A stretch of DNA of 62,744 bases, filler included, from Rhabdomonas costata (GCA_019059605.1; 34 parts of 34 records of this genome joined end to end with filler, not necessarily neighbours in it), one strand, 5' to 3'; positions 13,548 through 26,260 are shown, counted from the first letter of the whole stretch. The notes: generated from the letters alone by a model not told the origin. Program-made: numbers and translations.

Positions 13548-14230
13548 AACGAGCAAGAGAAGCAGGCCGCCATTGTTCGTGCCGAAGGCGAGGCGGAGGC
13601 CGCGAGTCTGGTACTGACCTCCCCCCCCTCTCTCTTGCTTTTCTTCTCTTTCTCTCTATCATCCTCTCTTTCATAACCCCCATAAAATTGTACGATATAC
13701 ATGAGCCGCCAAAAATGGATGCGACTGGCCTGGGGTGCAAGGACCAGCACACAGCCGTTACCCGTGCTTCGGCTCAAGCCCACTATTTGTTTGGGCGAGA
13801 GTTGGCAATTGTTGGGCGAGTGACCAAAAAATATAGCCATAGGTTAAAGCAATTGTATTGTGAAAAGGCAGTGAAAAGGCGCGCAGGTTTCGGAAAGCAA
13901 AAGCACAAAGGTCCCCGTTTTGCTTCGGGTTTGCGACCTTGGATGTCCAAATTTATTTGTTCCGAGGGTTTACTGGCAACGCTTGTAAGTGCCCGGATGT
14001 GGTCATCAACGTTTCAGAGTATGTTTGGTTGGTCAGGTTTGTGGTACGGCAGTTTGTCCGCAGCAGCAGGTGACATTATGAATGAATTCCAGTCCACCTG
14101 TTTTTTCCCGCAGATCTCCAAAGCACTGACCAAGGCGGGCAACGGGTTGATTATGCTGCGCCGAATTGAAGCTGCTCGGGAGATTGCCAAGCGGCTGTCG
14201 GAGAGCGGCAACGTTACCTACGTCCCCAAG
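13548..14230 (+). CDS. PHB1: Prohibitin 1, C-terminal exons (13548-13610, 14114-14230)
   Basis: NEQEKQAAIVRAEGEAEAASL|ISKALTKAGNGLIMLRRIEAAREIAKRLSESGNVTYVP matches the prohibitin-1 C-terminus. Confidence 0.95.
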
Positions 14231-14380
14231 GTATGCGCTTTGGTTGCGGTGGGGATTTGGACAATCAAAGGCAGTGCCAGACTAGCTTTTTACTAGCTCT
14301 TCCTTTAGTCAAGTTTGAGGAGAAAGAAAGAGCAAAGCGAAAATGGGAAAATGTGCCTTCCATAGACCCGAGGAAGGACC

Positions 14381-14437
14381 TTTCCGCGCTTTTCCGCTTT
14401 TCCGCTTTTCCGCTTTTCCGCTTTTCCGCTTTTCCGC
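14381..14437. repeat. 8-bp tandem repeat (TTTTCCGC)n, about 6 units, intronic
   Basis: Directly visible in the sequence. Confidence 0.95.
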
Positions 14438-15069
14438 ACTTCCTCCACCCCAGCCAAGGTACAAGCGAGTCGTGGAGTGAGATTTTGGGAGCAAACATTA
14501 CTTACCACTGGAAAAAAACTGTCATCATATAAGTGCCAGCTAAAATGCTGTTCTAATCGAGCTATCTCCCGCAACAACTGTGGGATGGCACTGAATGATT
14601 TAATTATCAATTTAGCAATAAATCAAAGGTGTATAAAGGAAAAGCAGGAATTAGATTACACACCGGCGAGAAAATCAGAATCCACCGCAAAAAANNNNNN
14701 NNNNNNNNNNNNNNNNNNNNNNNNNNNNNNNNNNNNNNTTAATTAATTAANNNNNNNNNNNNNNNNNNNNNNNNNNNNNNNNNNNNNNNNNNNNGGGGGT
14801 TTGTGTCTTGACAAAAGGGAAGTCCGCTTCAAAAGACGTAGCACCATGACTCCGTACAATAAAAAATGGCTGGTCGCCGCTTGATAAGCTTATACCAGGT
14901 CTCTGGCACTAGAACGCCCCAAGAGGGGAGGATTTCGGAACAGTTGGCGCTGCGGTGCGGTGGAAAGGCTCCAGCAAGGGACTCAAAGGGAGAGAGGAAA
15001 GGCGACGATGTCCATAAGATATCCAGTAGAGAAAGAGGAGGGGCAAGCATAGGATACCCAGGATCTCAC

Positions 15070-15347
15070 CCATGACGTACGGGGTGTTTGCCAGGGGCAC
15101 GCCCTCCTCAAGGAGCATTCTGGTCTGCTCCTCGTCCAACAGGCGCCCGATGAGTTCCCCGTGACGGCCAATATCCAGCCCAAAGATAGTCTCCAGCTTC
15201 CTTTTTATGAGGCCGGAAGGAGACCATTGGGACGGAGCGCCAGCGAAGGGGCTGCTCTGGAGTGATGACTGCAGCGGAGTGCCTCGGATGACTGCGGAAA
15301 CAACTGTCTTTGCAGGCACGCCGAAAACTTTCTCTATCGTCGGCCAA
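15070..15347 (-). CDS. Hypothetical protein exon
   Basis: Open frame WPTIEKVFGVPAK...LLEEGVPLANTPYVM, bounded by AG and GTGAG. Confidence 0.5.
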
Positions 15348-17276
15348 CTAATTGAGGGTTGTAGGAGCGGCGGAGGACGACCCTCAGGTTTGGAAGCGGT
15401 TGCCAAGGACAGAGTGAAAACGTCACATTGCCCAGTGTTCAAAGTCCGGCGCACACAGCAGCAGCAAAGATACACAGAAGAGAGGGATACGGGAGAACAC
15501 AAGAGAACAACAAAACAACTAGAAAAACCCACACCTGCGGGACTACAAGATCTCAATGCTCGATCCAGGGATTGATTTGCGCACCCAGGAGTGTGCTTCC
15601 CCTCAGTTCTCTGTAAGTCAGCTCTGCACACGTCTCCCGTACCACCTTCCGGCTTTTCATCCCTTTCTTGTTCCTTGTTTGTTGTTTGCTGTTAGCTAGC
15701 TATTTGCCGTTTCCACGTGGGTCTTTTACCGAACAGTGGTGTCGCTGTGCCCTGCAGCATGAGGTGCGATGGTGGAGATTTTCAGTGGCGCATTGGTGCA
15801 TTATTGGAAAAAATTCTAGATTTCTAGATTCTAAAAGTGAAGAACTGGCATACTTTATGCAGTCCTTCTTCGTCAACCGAGAAAACTTGGCCTCCTGAAC
15901 GATCTTACGGACATGGGGCTGCAGCTTCCTCGTTATGGACTCCTCTGTTGGTGGGAAATCCAAAGCAAAAGAAGCAAAGAGTATCCTACATAAAGCCAGC
16001 AAAGGCAGAGTTCCACACTGCGAAGCGCGCGCGAAGAAGACATGACCGATTGTTGTCAGACCTTGGGCTCGAAGATAAGGTATCATGAGTCGCTATCAGT
16101 TGTCCGTGAGTACGCACATCGAAGCAGTTACTATTTTTAAAAGGTTATCAGACCTTGTTTCGAAAAAGGCTCATCCGCAGGAAGATACAGATGCATCACC
16201 GCGGTTCCCAGGATAAGGATTAAGGTGGATGTTGCATTTCGGAAGGGTAAAAAGCGGAAAGCAGGAAAATGGAGTCCTGGGGCGAAGAAAGAAGGAAGAC
16301 CCAGTCAAAAAGAACTGAGGACAAACCAGAAAGTAGCCTTTGAAAGTGCTCGTCGATGAGCTGCCGCTTCGACTGGAGAGGCACTCCAGTTGCGGCCTCA
16401 AGTCGGCTGTGAACCACAATACCAACTCAACACTTCGAAAAGTTTTGAAAGAGCTTCAACTTCAACTTCAATTAAGCTTCGGGTCGCAGCTTAATTATAG
16501 AGGGGCATGCATAATTATAGAGCTGTCTCGTACCCCCCAACCCNNNNNNNNNNNNNNNNNNNNNNNNNNNNNNNNNNNNNNNNNNNNTTAATTAATTAAN
16601 NNNNNNNNNNNNNNNNNNNNNNNNNNNNNNNNNNNNNNNNNNNGGGGATTGGTTGTGTGTGTTGGGTGTGGTAGCTTTGCCTGCCCGCGAGTAGCTCCTC
16701 TTCTCCTTCGTCGCGGAGGTGGGCTTGAGCCACCGCAGGGGGGGCCAGGGCAACCAGGCGCTGCGGCCCCCTCGCGATCGGATGCGCCGCGGAGGCGAAG
16801 CGGTGACGGGGCTAAAGTGAAGTTCACGGGATAGCGTGTGTATGCGTGTGCCCCTGAGCCCCCTGAGCCAGCGGCATTTCTTTGTTAGGCTCGCTCGAAA
16901 CAACGCACCGCTACTTTTTTTTTTGCTGAAGCCCTCTGCAACGCCACCACCGTCGGCAGCGTGAAATCCGATCGCAATGGATCACTTCGGCACAAAGAAG
17001 AAAGAACGAAGTCCATCGATCCGCAAAGTCAACACGTTGAAGACCACCCACCCGCACAGACACATAGGAAAACCAATTGTCCGCTCCCCTCTGCCTACAG
17101 ATGTGCTGGCAGGCTGCCAAGGAAGCTCAACTCAGGAATGCTACCATCTGACCATCGGTGCACAGGTCCGAAGGAATGCAGTGGAGAACAGACGGGTGCT
17201 GCTGGAGGACCCCACCCCCGACCCCAACCACTCGCAGACGAACTTCTGCACTCACTGCACACACACACAAACGCAC

Positions 17277-17432
17277 CCACGCGCGGTTGCGCAGCTCCAC
17301 CACGTCGGCCAGCAGGCACTTGATTCGAGTCTTGGCGGGGCCCCCCGCCAGCCGCTCCAATTTCGCGAAGTACTTGTCGCAGTCCTCTCGGCGGGTGGGA
17401 TTGCTGTCCAGCTTCTTCCCGATGCTGGTCAG
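17277..17432 (-). CDS. MIF4G-domain protein (eIF4G-like), exon encoding the end of MIF4G
   Basis: LTSIGKKLD...DKYFAKLERL...RIKCLLADVVELRNRAW. A 156-nt exon between AG and GT. Confidence 0.85.
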
Positions 17433-18923
17433 CTGGACACCCCCAAAAAAGGCACAGGGTAAACGTAAAAACAATAAAGTAGGCAAAGGATAGCAGAGGT
17501 TCAGATCTTTTTCTCGTGTCCTTTTTATGCAGTGTGTTGTGAGGGGTGCGTCGGACCACCTTCGAGCCGGCACTGTGCAAGGGGTGGCCTCCAAAAAAAA
17601 AGAGCAGGATGGGTATGTGGAAGGCATCGGCAGTCATGTCGACAAACCGTGAGGACCATGCCGCAGGACGCCAATAGCTGCAGTTCAATATAAGAGTCGT
17701 CGGGAACCAGACCCTCAAGCCGCGTTGGCCACGCCTGCCCTCGATCGTGCTCTGCGTGTGCCACTGCAGTTACGTCGCTGCGCAGCCCCAAGTTTTAGGC
17801 GGTGCCCGCTTCTGTAGGGCCGAGTTCAGATTCCCCCGTTTTCTGATTGACAGAGTGTCTTCGTTTGGGACAGTCGAGTGGCAGATGCTGAAAGTCACAA
17901 AACAATGGCGCGAAAACACCCCCGAAAAAGTACAACCCTAATCCGAGAGGTGGGGCTTGGTCCTGCTCAGGCGCCTGTGCTGGAACGCCGCAGTATTGAA
18001 GATCTCGACCTCTTCAGCTAAGCCGCTGCCGTGCTGCCGTCATCCCGGTCTGCGTGACTTCCACACCTCATTGCGGTACGCTCGCCGCAGTGGAGGGCTG
18101 CGGGAATTCTCTTCTCTCAGTTCAAAACAGAGCAACGCATCGACTCAAATCAAGTGAAGAAAAATCCTCCCAGAGGTCTTCTTCGTTTGGGTTTCCCTCT
18201 ACTCTAGGCTCCACTGCAGAAAACAGCGATGGATGTGTTCCACCCGCAGGCGTAGCAGCAGGGTGGGCCCAACGCGGCACAGACCCGGCACCACAACGCA
18301 TCCATGCCTCGGCCTTCCGAACCCTACACCCTCACAGAAAAAAACCTCCCAGCAGCACGGTTGTGCACACACCATTGTGGACCCCAACAACNNNNNNNNN
18401 NNNNNNNNNNNNNNNNNNNNNNNNNNNNNNNNNNNTTAATTAATTAANNNNNNNNNNNNNNNNNNNNNNNNNNNNNNNNNNNNNNNNNNNNGTTTTGGCT
18501 GATATGATATGTGGACTAAACCAAGCGGATGGCTGCGCTTGAAGGGTATTTAACCTTTTCTTGCTTGTTGGTACTAATGATTCTCAAACTGCTTGTAGCA
18601 TGACTGACGAGTGACATTTTGGAACGTTGTGCTTCTGGTTTGCACTTTTTGAATGGGGCTCAGCCCGAGACCTCGTAGAATAAAGATGTGCACAATCTGT
18701 TAACAGCAGGAACCTCCACGGAATCGCAGTGTTTGGGGTGCAAGGGCACCCACTCTTTGGGTTCTGTTTTTTCTTGTTCGTTTTCACCAACCAGACAAAT
18801 CCCCAAAATGCGGTTCACATCACCCCGATCTCGACCGGCAGAACATTTCTTTGCAATTGGGTTGGTATCTTCCCCCCCCCTTCCGTTCCTCCTATCGACT
18901 TTTTCCCTATATCTTTTGAACAG

Positions 18924-20172
18924 GACAATGCTTTCAACAGCATGCGAATGGATAAGAGCCGTGCCTTTGTGAAGCTGCTGATTTCCCTCATGGAGCACGC
19001 CACCCCGGTGCTGAGGAACGATCCCATGTGCCTGTACCTGTCCTCCCCTCTGTATGTGCCACCTCCTCGTCCTCCTCCACACGAACAGGAAGGGTTACCC
19101 TATTCTTCTCGCTCGAATGGGAAATTCCCCGAATGCCATCATGTAGAAAACTACCCACAGCAGCAGCACACTATCTTGGTATTGCACTCTCAGATTAGGC
19201 GACGCGGCAGCAAAATGAGCAGACAAGTTGCAAAGAAAGAAAATGCATGGCTGCCTTTGTTGATTTCCAGCGACTGAGAGGACCTGAAAACAACAGATTG
19301 CAGTCCGGTGGTGACCAACGATATCGATGAGCCCAGATCATAGCTGGTAAAGGGGAGAATGTCAAATCATCATGCCAAAGCCGCGGCACTCCAGACATGT
19401 TGGGAGCGATGCTGTGTCATGATGTGCATTTTTGGAGTGGTTGTTGAAATGCCTTCTCTCACAACACTAGCTACACCCTGGGCGACATTCACGGCAACTT
19501 TGGGGACCTGCAGTTCTTCATGAGCCAGCTGGTGAACTTCGGGCAGCTGAAGTACACCCCCACGAAGTTCCTCTTCCTGGGGGACTACGTGGATCGAGGG
19601 CTCGGCTCGGCATGCGAAGAGTGGGAGAGAGCGCTGATTACAATGTGAAGAAAGAATAACACCTCTCCCGTGCGAAGTTTTATTCTCTCGACGAGTTCCT
19701 TTGCCAGTGTCCCAAGATTAACGGGGAGACATGAGTTCATTAAGAGACCCGATGAGGCACAAGCAAACCCTGCGTTGAGCCTCCGTTAAGTCCCTATTCA
19801 GTATTCACTATTCGGTATGCAGTTAGTACACCACTGCTAAGTAAACCGCTGCTAAGGAGTTGTTTCCCAGGAAAAAGCAATGTCCGGAATGTCCAATATC
19901 CTCTGATAGTCTTCAGTTGTTTTGTGACGTATTTACCATTCGATTAGTTTGGGGTGCATTATTGCTCGATGCCTCTTCCGCTCTTCCCGCTGTATCTCGG
20001 ATCTCTTTGATCTATTTCTTCTAGCCTTGTGCATTTTTCTCATGTGACGCGTCCGAACGTTTTCCGTTTTCTCCCATCTCCCCTCTCTTTTCAGGTTCAA
20101 GTCGCAGCCTACGTGCTGGCGATGAAGGTGCTGTCGCCCTCCACGGTGTACCTGTTGAGGGGGAACCACGAG
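18924..20172 (+). CDS. PPP-family Ser/Thr phosphatase (exons 18924-19051, 19471-19609, 20095 to about 20172)
   Basis: GDIHG, GDYVDRG and LLRGNHE motifs occur in order. The second intron requires a GC donor. Confidence 0.95.
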
Positions 20173-20340
20173 ATGTGGAGAAAACGGAAAACGTTCGGAC
20201 GCGTCACATGAGAAAAATGCACAAGGCTAGAACAAAAAACNNNNNNNNNNNNNNNNNNNNNNNNNNNNNNNNNNNNNNNNNNNNTTAATTAATTAANNNN
20301 NNNNNNNNNNNNNNNNNNNNNNNNNNNNNNNNNNNNNNNN

Positions 20341-22076
20341 TTCTGGTTGTTGGCGTATTGCGCAGCCTGAGCGATGCTCTTGTTAATGATCTCCTGGTCA
20401 TTCATCTTCAGAACAATCCCAATCCCAAGGTCTGGCACGCAGGCGTAGGCGGCCTCCACGCTCACCCCGCGGTAGTCAGTCTCCTGAGTGACTCCCTTGG
20501 CACACTGCGTGGTGGCCAAGCTCACCGCAGAAGTGCTCGGGGCCAGGGTTGGGCATGACCTGCCGCTGCAATTGAACTTTGGTTTTGTCAGCAGCTGGGC
20601 CCGAGTCGTGCCATTGACACTCACCCGCCGGGCAATCACGAGCTCCGAGGTGCCATTGAGCTCTGCATTGATGACGTTCCCCACAGCCCCCAACTGCTCC
20701 ATAATCTCCTCCTTCAGCTCATCCAGAGTCACCTCCATCACAAAAGTGGTGTTCAAATCTGGTAGCAGGGCCGCCATCGCTAGCACCTGCTTGCGCTGAT
20801 AGCTGCTCGCAACAATTATCTGGCTGTCGGCCACTCCTCGAACGGCCGCCGAAATGGTGTGTGCAGAGGCTTGGTCGTACACACAGACGCCCCCGCTGCA
20901 CGTGCTCGGATCCATCGTCGTCAAAGGAGTCCCTGGAGTTGCTTGAGACACCACCAGCAGCTCTAGTGTGGTCTCGCCCAGGGCTCGAGTATGGGCGTTG
21001 GCTGCGTCAGCGGAGGCCAGGATGAAGGGCACGAACTTCTTCTGCAGAGCTGCGGTGGTGACAGTCAATAGCAGTATTGTGTCCGTCAGACAGTCCACCG
21101 GGACATAGGCTGCAAGCGAAAAGTATGAGGAAACGACGAAGTATGGTGAAGCGAGAAATAAAATGCAACAGCACAGACGTGTGCAGTTTGGTTGCGTTGC
21201 GGACAACGGCACACCAATGTACGCCGGAAGACCAGTGTAAGATACCCCCTGCAAGCTGCCCGACTGCGAGCTGAACGCCAGCTGGATCGCTCTGTGCTGA
21301 TCCGAGCTGACAGTGCAGCTCGTCCCAGAGGGGCAGTAGCGCAGAGTGCTGGTCACGACGGCGGTGCTGTTGGGGCCAGAGGGCTTCTGCACCAAAATCA
21401 TCTCATAGCCCTCCGACAGGCGGTTCTGATTGAATCGGTTGACGATCTGTTGGGCATTGGCAGTTGTCACCCCGGCCACCACACAGGCCTCGGACAGAGT
21501 GTTGGCCATCGTGGTCACCCGGGTCAGGCTGCGGTCCAGGGAGACATCCACGAAAATGTCGTCCACAAGCCGAGCCGTGACCTGCAGCGCATCGCTTTGG
21601 TGGTTTCCCGTGGTGCGCAGATTGCCGTTATAGCCTGCGTGCTCCACCATCGCCGAGAGCATAAACGTCGAAGAGCGCTGGTTGACGAGCTGGAGAGAAG
21701 GCGTGAGCGAGATGACAAGGAAAGTCTGTGAATTCATTCACTGCTCCAAGACGGCGCAGCAAACAGCGCAACTGCAGAAGAGCTCGCAGCGCATCGGTGC
21801 CAAAAAAGCGGTGTCAGCACTGCAATGAGTGTTCCACGAGTGTTCAGCGCACATGGTGACACATACCACGGTCTCGCGGGCCTGAATCACGGTGAAAGAA
21901 TTCAGCGCGTGGTGCACCAGGGTCAGGTCATGTTGCAGCCGCCTCTCTTCCATGGCCATCGTGCTGCTCCAGCTCAGCCCAATCGCCGTGCCGGCCACCG
22001 CCATCGCCATCACAAGAGACATTATCACCACACTTATGACCAGCCTGGTGGTGGGCTTCATGCGCTTCCCATAAAC
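20341..22076 (-). CDS. Membrane-anchored protein with tandem Cache/PDC-like modules (exons 22076-21867, 21689-21215, 21109-<20341), partial
   Basis: A hydrophobic helix (LVISVVIMSLVMAMAVAGTAIGLSW) precedes repeated ~120-aa units. The clearest unit ends in TDYRGVSVEAAYACVPDLGIGIVLKMNDQEI. Confidence 0.8.
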
Positions 22077-22289
22077 CTGTCCCCACACANNNNNNNNNNN
22101 NNNNNNNNNNNNNNNNNNNNNNNNNNNNNNNNNTTAATTAATTAANNNNNNNNNNNNNNNNNNNNNNNNNNNNNNNNNNNNNNNNNNNNTGTTGGTGTGT
22201 TTGGTGTTGTCGGTAAGCCCGAAATTGGGAGAAGAAAAGATTGAAATCTTCGTTCTACATTTTAAGTTGATAAAGTTTTAAACGTGGTA

Positions 22290-22620
22290 GGGTCTCAATT
22301 CCAGTGAAAGGAATCGGTCCCTCAGCATTTGCAAAAAATCAGCCCGGTTTTGATTGGGACTTTGTCGAAATGGCCATATGCGCCTACCACCATGGCATGT
22401 CTGTCCTAGCGTACTGCAACATGGTAAGTAAGCTGCTTGGTTCGTTTGATATGCTCGACTTGATCCAACCACTGGAGGAGTCCTGCACGATTACCATCAC
22501 ACTCGGGGAAGTGCGGGTCCTTTTCGGCGTACATTTCAGCTGTCTGTGGTATGGGGGCCTTTGGCTGATATTTCACTTGTCGGCTGCGGTACGCCTGTTC
22601 TCGACTCCGAGATTGCTTGA
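22290..22620 (-). mobile_element. Decayed retrotransposon Gag-like fragment
   Basis: FPECDGNRAGLLQWLDQVEHIK..L..VAVR*..AM..AYGHF...(frameshift)ADFLQMLRDRF resembles a Ty3/gypsy capsid N-terminal pattern. Contains a stop and a frameshift. Confidence 0.45.
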
Positions 22621-24096
22621 GCAAATCCTAGGAGTGCTGATTGAAATTCCAGATTATAGGCATTGCTCGTCTCCAAGGCATTGGTCGTGGAGAGGGATTG
22701 GTCTCAGAGGAGAGTCCGAACGTCCTCGATAGACATGGTCATGGAGATGATTCGATGAAACGACGGAGTGGAACGGGGTGGACGAGGCTAGTTCAACTTT
22801 GGTTCAACTATGTTTTGCGATGGACCGATGCAACTGAAAAAGGTGGAGGGACAAAACAAACGAACGAGTGCTAGACAAACAAGAGGGAAGGAAACAACCG
22901 CCTCGTGCGCTGGGGTATGTCTAATTCGGCAGGGGAGTTATTGCTCTCGACTCTTGTGCGTCGCCTGTCGGTTCTTCCGCGCGCGCTTGGTCCTATTCTC
23001 GTCCTTGGCGCGCTTGCCGTACTCGCTCAAAAACTTCTGGATTGGGGTCATTCCAATTGGGTTGATGTCGTCGGCGTTTCGTCCTTGGGGGGAATTCGGG
23101 TTCTCTCTACTTGCACGCTACCAAAAATGTTACCCGACCATTTTTCTATTGTCAACGGAAACAAAAATTGGGCTGACACTGGAAAATTTTGGCAGTGTCC
23201 GTGCAAAAGAAAAATTTCGCCGCAAGGAAATTCAAACCAACACCTGAAAAGGAAGGCAAAAGGAAAAAACAGCAAACTTCGGGCCAGGAGGGTCTTTTTT
23301 ACCAGGTCGGCCGGGCCGAATGGGAAGCCGGTCCTGCCAAACCCGATCGGCTTTATCTGGGCGAGCCACAAGCCTTTCAATGCGTAGGGTCGTTACCTCA
23401 ACCGATCGGTGGTTCGGCAGGGCACTAGGAGCGGAAAGGATGGAACAACGCTCTCGAAGTGGGTTTGGTTCAACGAAGCACGGGCAAGCAAAAGGGAATG
23501 ATTGAAGAGAAGGAATTTCCTCCCAATCCTCCGGTCCGTTTCCCCCCCCTCTATCTCTCTCGCTCGCTATCCCTGTTTCCAAAGTTCTGCCCTTTCGGTC
23601 GGTTTTGCGTGTGTAGGTAAATCTTGTCCGGCTTCGCACTCCTGAAGCTCCTCCTCCGCAACAGATCGGTCCCGGTGGGTTGAGCGGGATACCGGGGAAT
23701 CAATAACGGGGCGGGAAGGTTGAACCCATGCCCGATCTTAACACGGATGCGAACGTTTGCTGAAGCAATCGTCCAATAGGCATTCCGATGACGCCACACA
23801 TTTGGTCGTTTGGTCTCTTGTGGGCGGCCTGGTGTATGGTTGGGGCTTTCCTTTTTTCCTGGTGTTTGTGTGCGGGCGTGCCTGCGGCCCCCCCCCCCCT
23901 CTTCTTTTCTTCTGCCCGGTTTCTGAGGCAGTGNNNNNNNNNNNNNNNNNNNNNNNNNNNNNNNNNNNNNNNNNNNNTTAATTAATTAANNNNNNNNNNN
24001 NNNNNNNNNNNNNNNNNNNNNNNNNNNNNNNNNGGTTTTGTTTCCGGACTTCCAACGTTCTGCGTTGGACATTTGCCCCAAGGACCGTGCTTCAAA

Positions 24097-24127
<31 letters not shown>

Positions 24128-24313
24128 GAGACTGGTGTCTAGGGTGTGGCAAAGAAGATACAAAGGCACACACATGAAAACATCACTGCGCCAGTGGAAG
24201 AGAAAACATGCACACAACAAAATTACACAGGGCGTTTTTGGGGAAGAAAGTAACCAGTTCCTCTTCCCCCCCTGTTTCCCATGTGTGCCACACAAAAACA
24301 CACGCGCATACAC

Positions 24314-25782
24314 CTTGCCGTCGGCCGTGACCGCGGCGAAGACGGTGCTGCTGTAGGGGGCCCACACGGCCTCTCCCACGGTGCTGCCCAGGTCAAAGCT
24401 TACCAGGGGCCGCCGCAGGCTCTGTTCCCACAGTTTCACCGTCCAGTCCGCTGAGGCCGTGAGGAACACCCCGGGGTGCCAGCGGTTCCACGCCACGCTG
24501 TACACCGGCATATAGTGGCCCTCGTAGGTCTCCAGGTACTCCGAGTTGTACGCCTTGCTGCACTTCCGCACCTTACCCTCCTCCGTCCCCACCACGAAGA
24601 TCGCCTCGTTGGCCTTGCTGAAGTCGAAGCAGGTCCCCCCACTGAGCCCAGTCAGGGCGGCATCGGGCTCCACGTCCACCCCCTTCTCTGCTTTCCTGGA
24701 CCACAGCCCACACACGGGGGTGGCAGGTGGAAACTCCCCTCCGAACATCCTGACCACCCTCGAAAAAATAGGCAGCCCAGTGGGTGGGTGCAAGCTTGGG
24801 GATTGCAATAGCACACTCCCACCTAGCACTCCAGAGGCCACCAATATGCACGCTGGATATTCTGGATAGGTCGGCGTTGGGGTGAAAAAACACTCCATTT
24901 TTAGTTTTTCCTATGAATGCCGGTCTTGGGCAGAGCGACCAATAATTTTTGTATTTTGTTTTTTCGCGAAAAGGGCCAAATCCATTTTAATTTCTTCTTC
25001 TTCTTCTTCTTCTTCGGTGAAACATGGCCCACACTGTGCCTGTGGATAGATACAGTACCACGCCGGCAGTTACAAAAGGATGGGTGTGCACGTGAGCGTG
25101 GGTGTGCGTGCCTCATCCAAATTCCAAAAGCTGAAAGCCCAATCAAAACAACAAATTCAAAACCAAACAACAAAAACGACAGAAGCGCCGACCTTGACCC
25201 TTGCTCCCCCCACCCCATTTGAACTGTCAATGGTGTTCTTTCAAGTAAAGGCGCGGGTTAAGCGGTAGCCTCCGCCCATGAGCTTGCATTGAGTGCAGTT
25301 GCACACACCCTGTCGCTGGGGAAGGGGGAATGGGAATGCAAAATATCACGTGGCGGGCGAGCCCACCCCACAATGCACACCCATCAACGAGCTTCAGCTC
25401 GATGACGTCGGTGTACTGCAGCTCATTCTTGGCGAGGATCCAGTTCACCACCCTGCCGTCGCTGCTGACGCTGTAGAAGTTGAGGTACTTCGGGGGGTCC
25501 TCCTTCTCCCAGCACACCTGCCACACCGGGTCGGTGTGCTTGCCCGTCCGCACGCTGCTGGCGTAGATCGGCGCGCCGCCCTTGGCCCGCACGTCGTACA
25601 CCACCACGCTGCCGTCGTACAGCCCGCAGGCCAGCAGGCTGGCGTGCTGGGGGTGGAAGTCCAGGCACATCACCCCGCTCTCGGTGTGGAAGGTGTACTC
25701 CGGAAAGCTCGGGTTCTTCAGGCTGAAGCAGTGGATCAGCCCCTGGCCCTGCTTCAGGAAGTCGTACGAGCCATACCAACCC
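24314..25782 (-). CDS. DNAI1: Axonemal outer-arm dynein intermediate chain 1 (IC78), exons 25782-25381 and 24695-24314
   Basis: GYGSYDFLKQ, SLKNPSFPEY, GKHTDPVWQV, VGTEEGKVRKCSKAYNSEYL and WAPYSSTVFAAVTADGK motifs. Confidence 0.96.
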
Positions 25783-26260
25783 CNNNNNNNNNNNNNNNNN
25801 NNNNNNNNNNNNNNNNNNNNNNNNNNNTTAATTAATTAANNNNNNNNNNNNNNNNNNNNNNNNNNNNNNNNNNNNNNNNNNNNGGTTGGTTTTCTGTGGG
25901 CCGTGCTAAAAGTTTGTATGTTTTTAGGTTGAAAAGGATTTTACTCAAACGCACACTTATTTTCCAGTCTTCACTGCATGACTTCCGTTGCGTTCAGCTT
26001 CCATCCTTCCTCCCGATTATCTCACGCACACGTATTCTTTCTTTCCTTCCCCCTCGGTTTCTAGGTGGGTTTCCTGCATATCCATCTTCCATCTATCACG
26101 AGTCCGGAGCTTCATCGAAGAGGCGCTCCTTATTTGTTTTGATTTTTCTTACTTGGCTTGAAATCGCTGTAATATGTGTATGTGTATATGTGTATTTGTG
26201 TCTGTGTATGTGCGTGGTACCCAGCCTCACCCTCCTCTGGTTGTGTGGACTGCCTTGCAG

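Noticed and set aside
20018-20232. Inverted copy of intron sequence interrupting the phosphatase after GNHE
   Set aside because: A perfect match at the contig end truncates a conserved exon, consistent with a template-switch chimera.
21735-21740. TGA directly followed by ATG between two in-frame ORFs, suggesting readthrough
   Set aside because: The stop lies inside the GT-AG intron 21866-21690.
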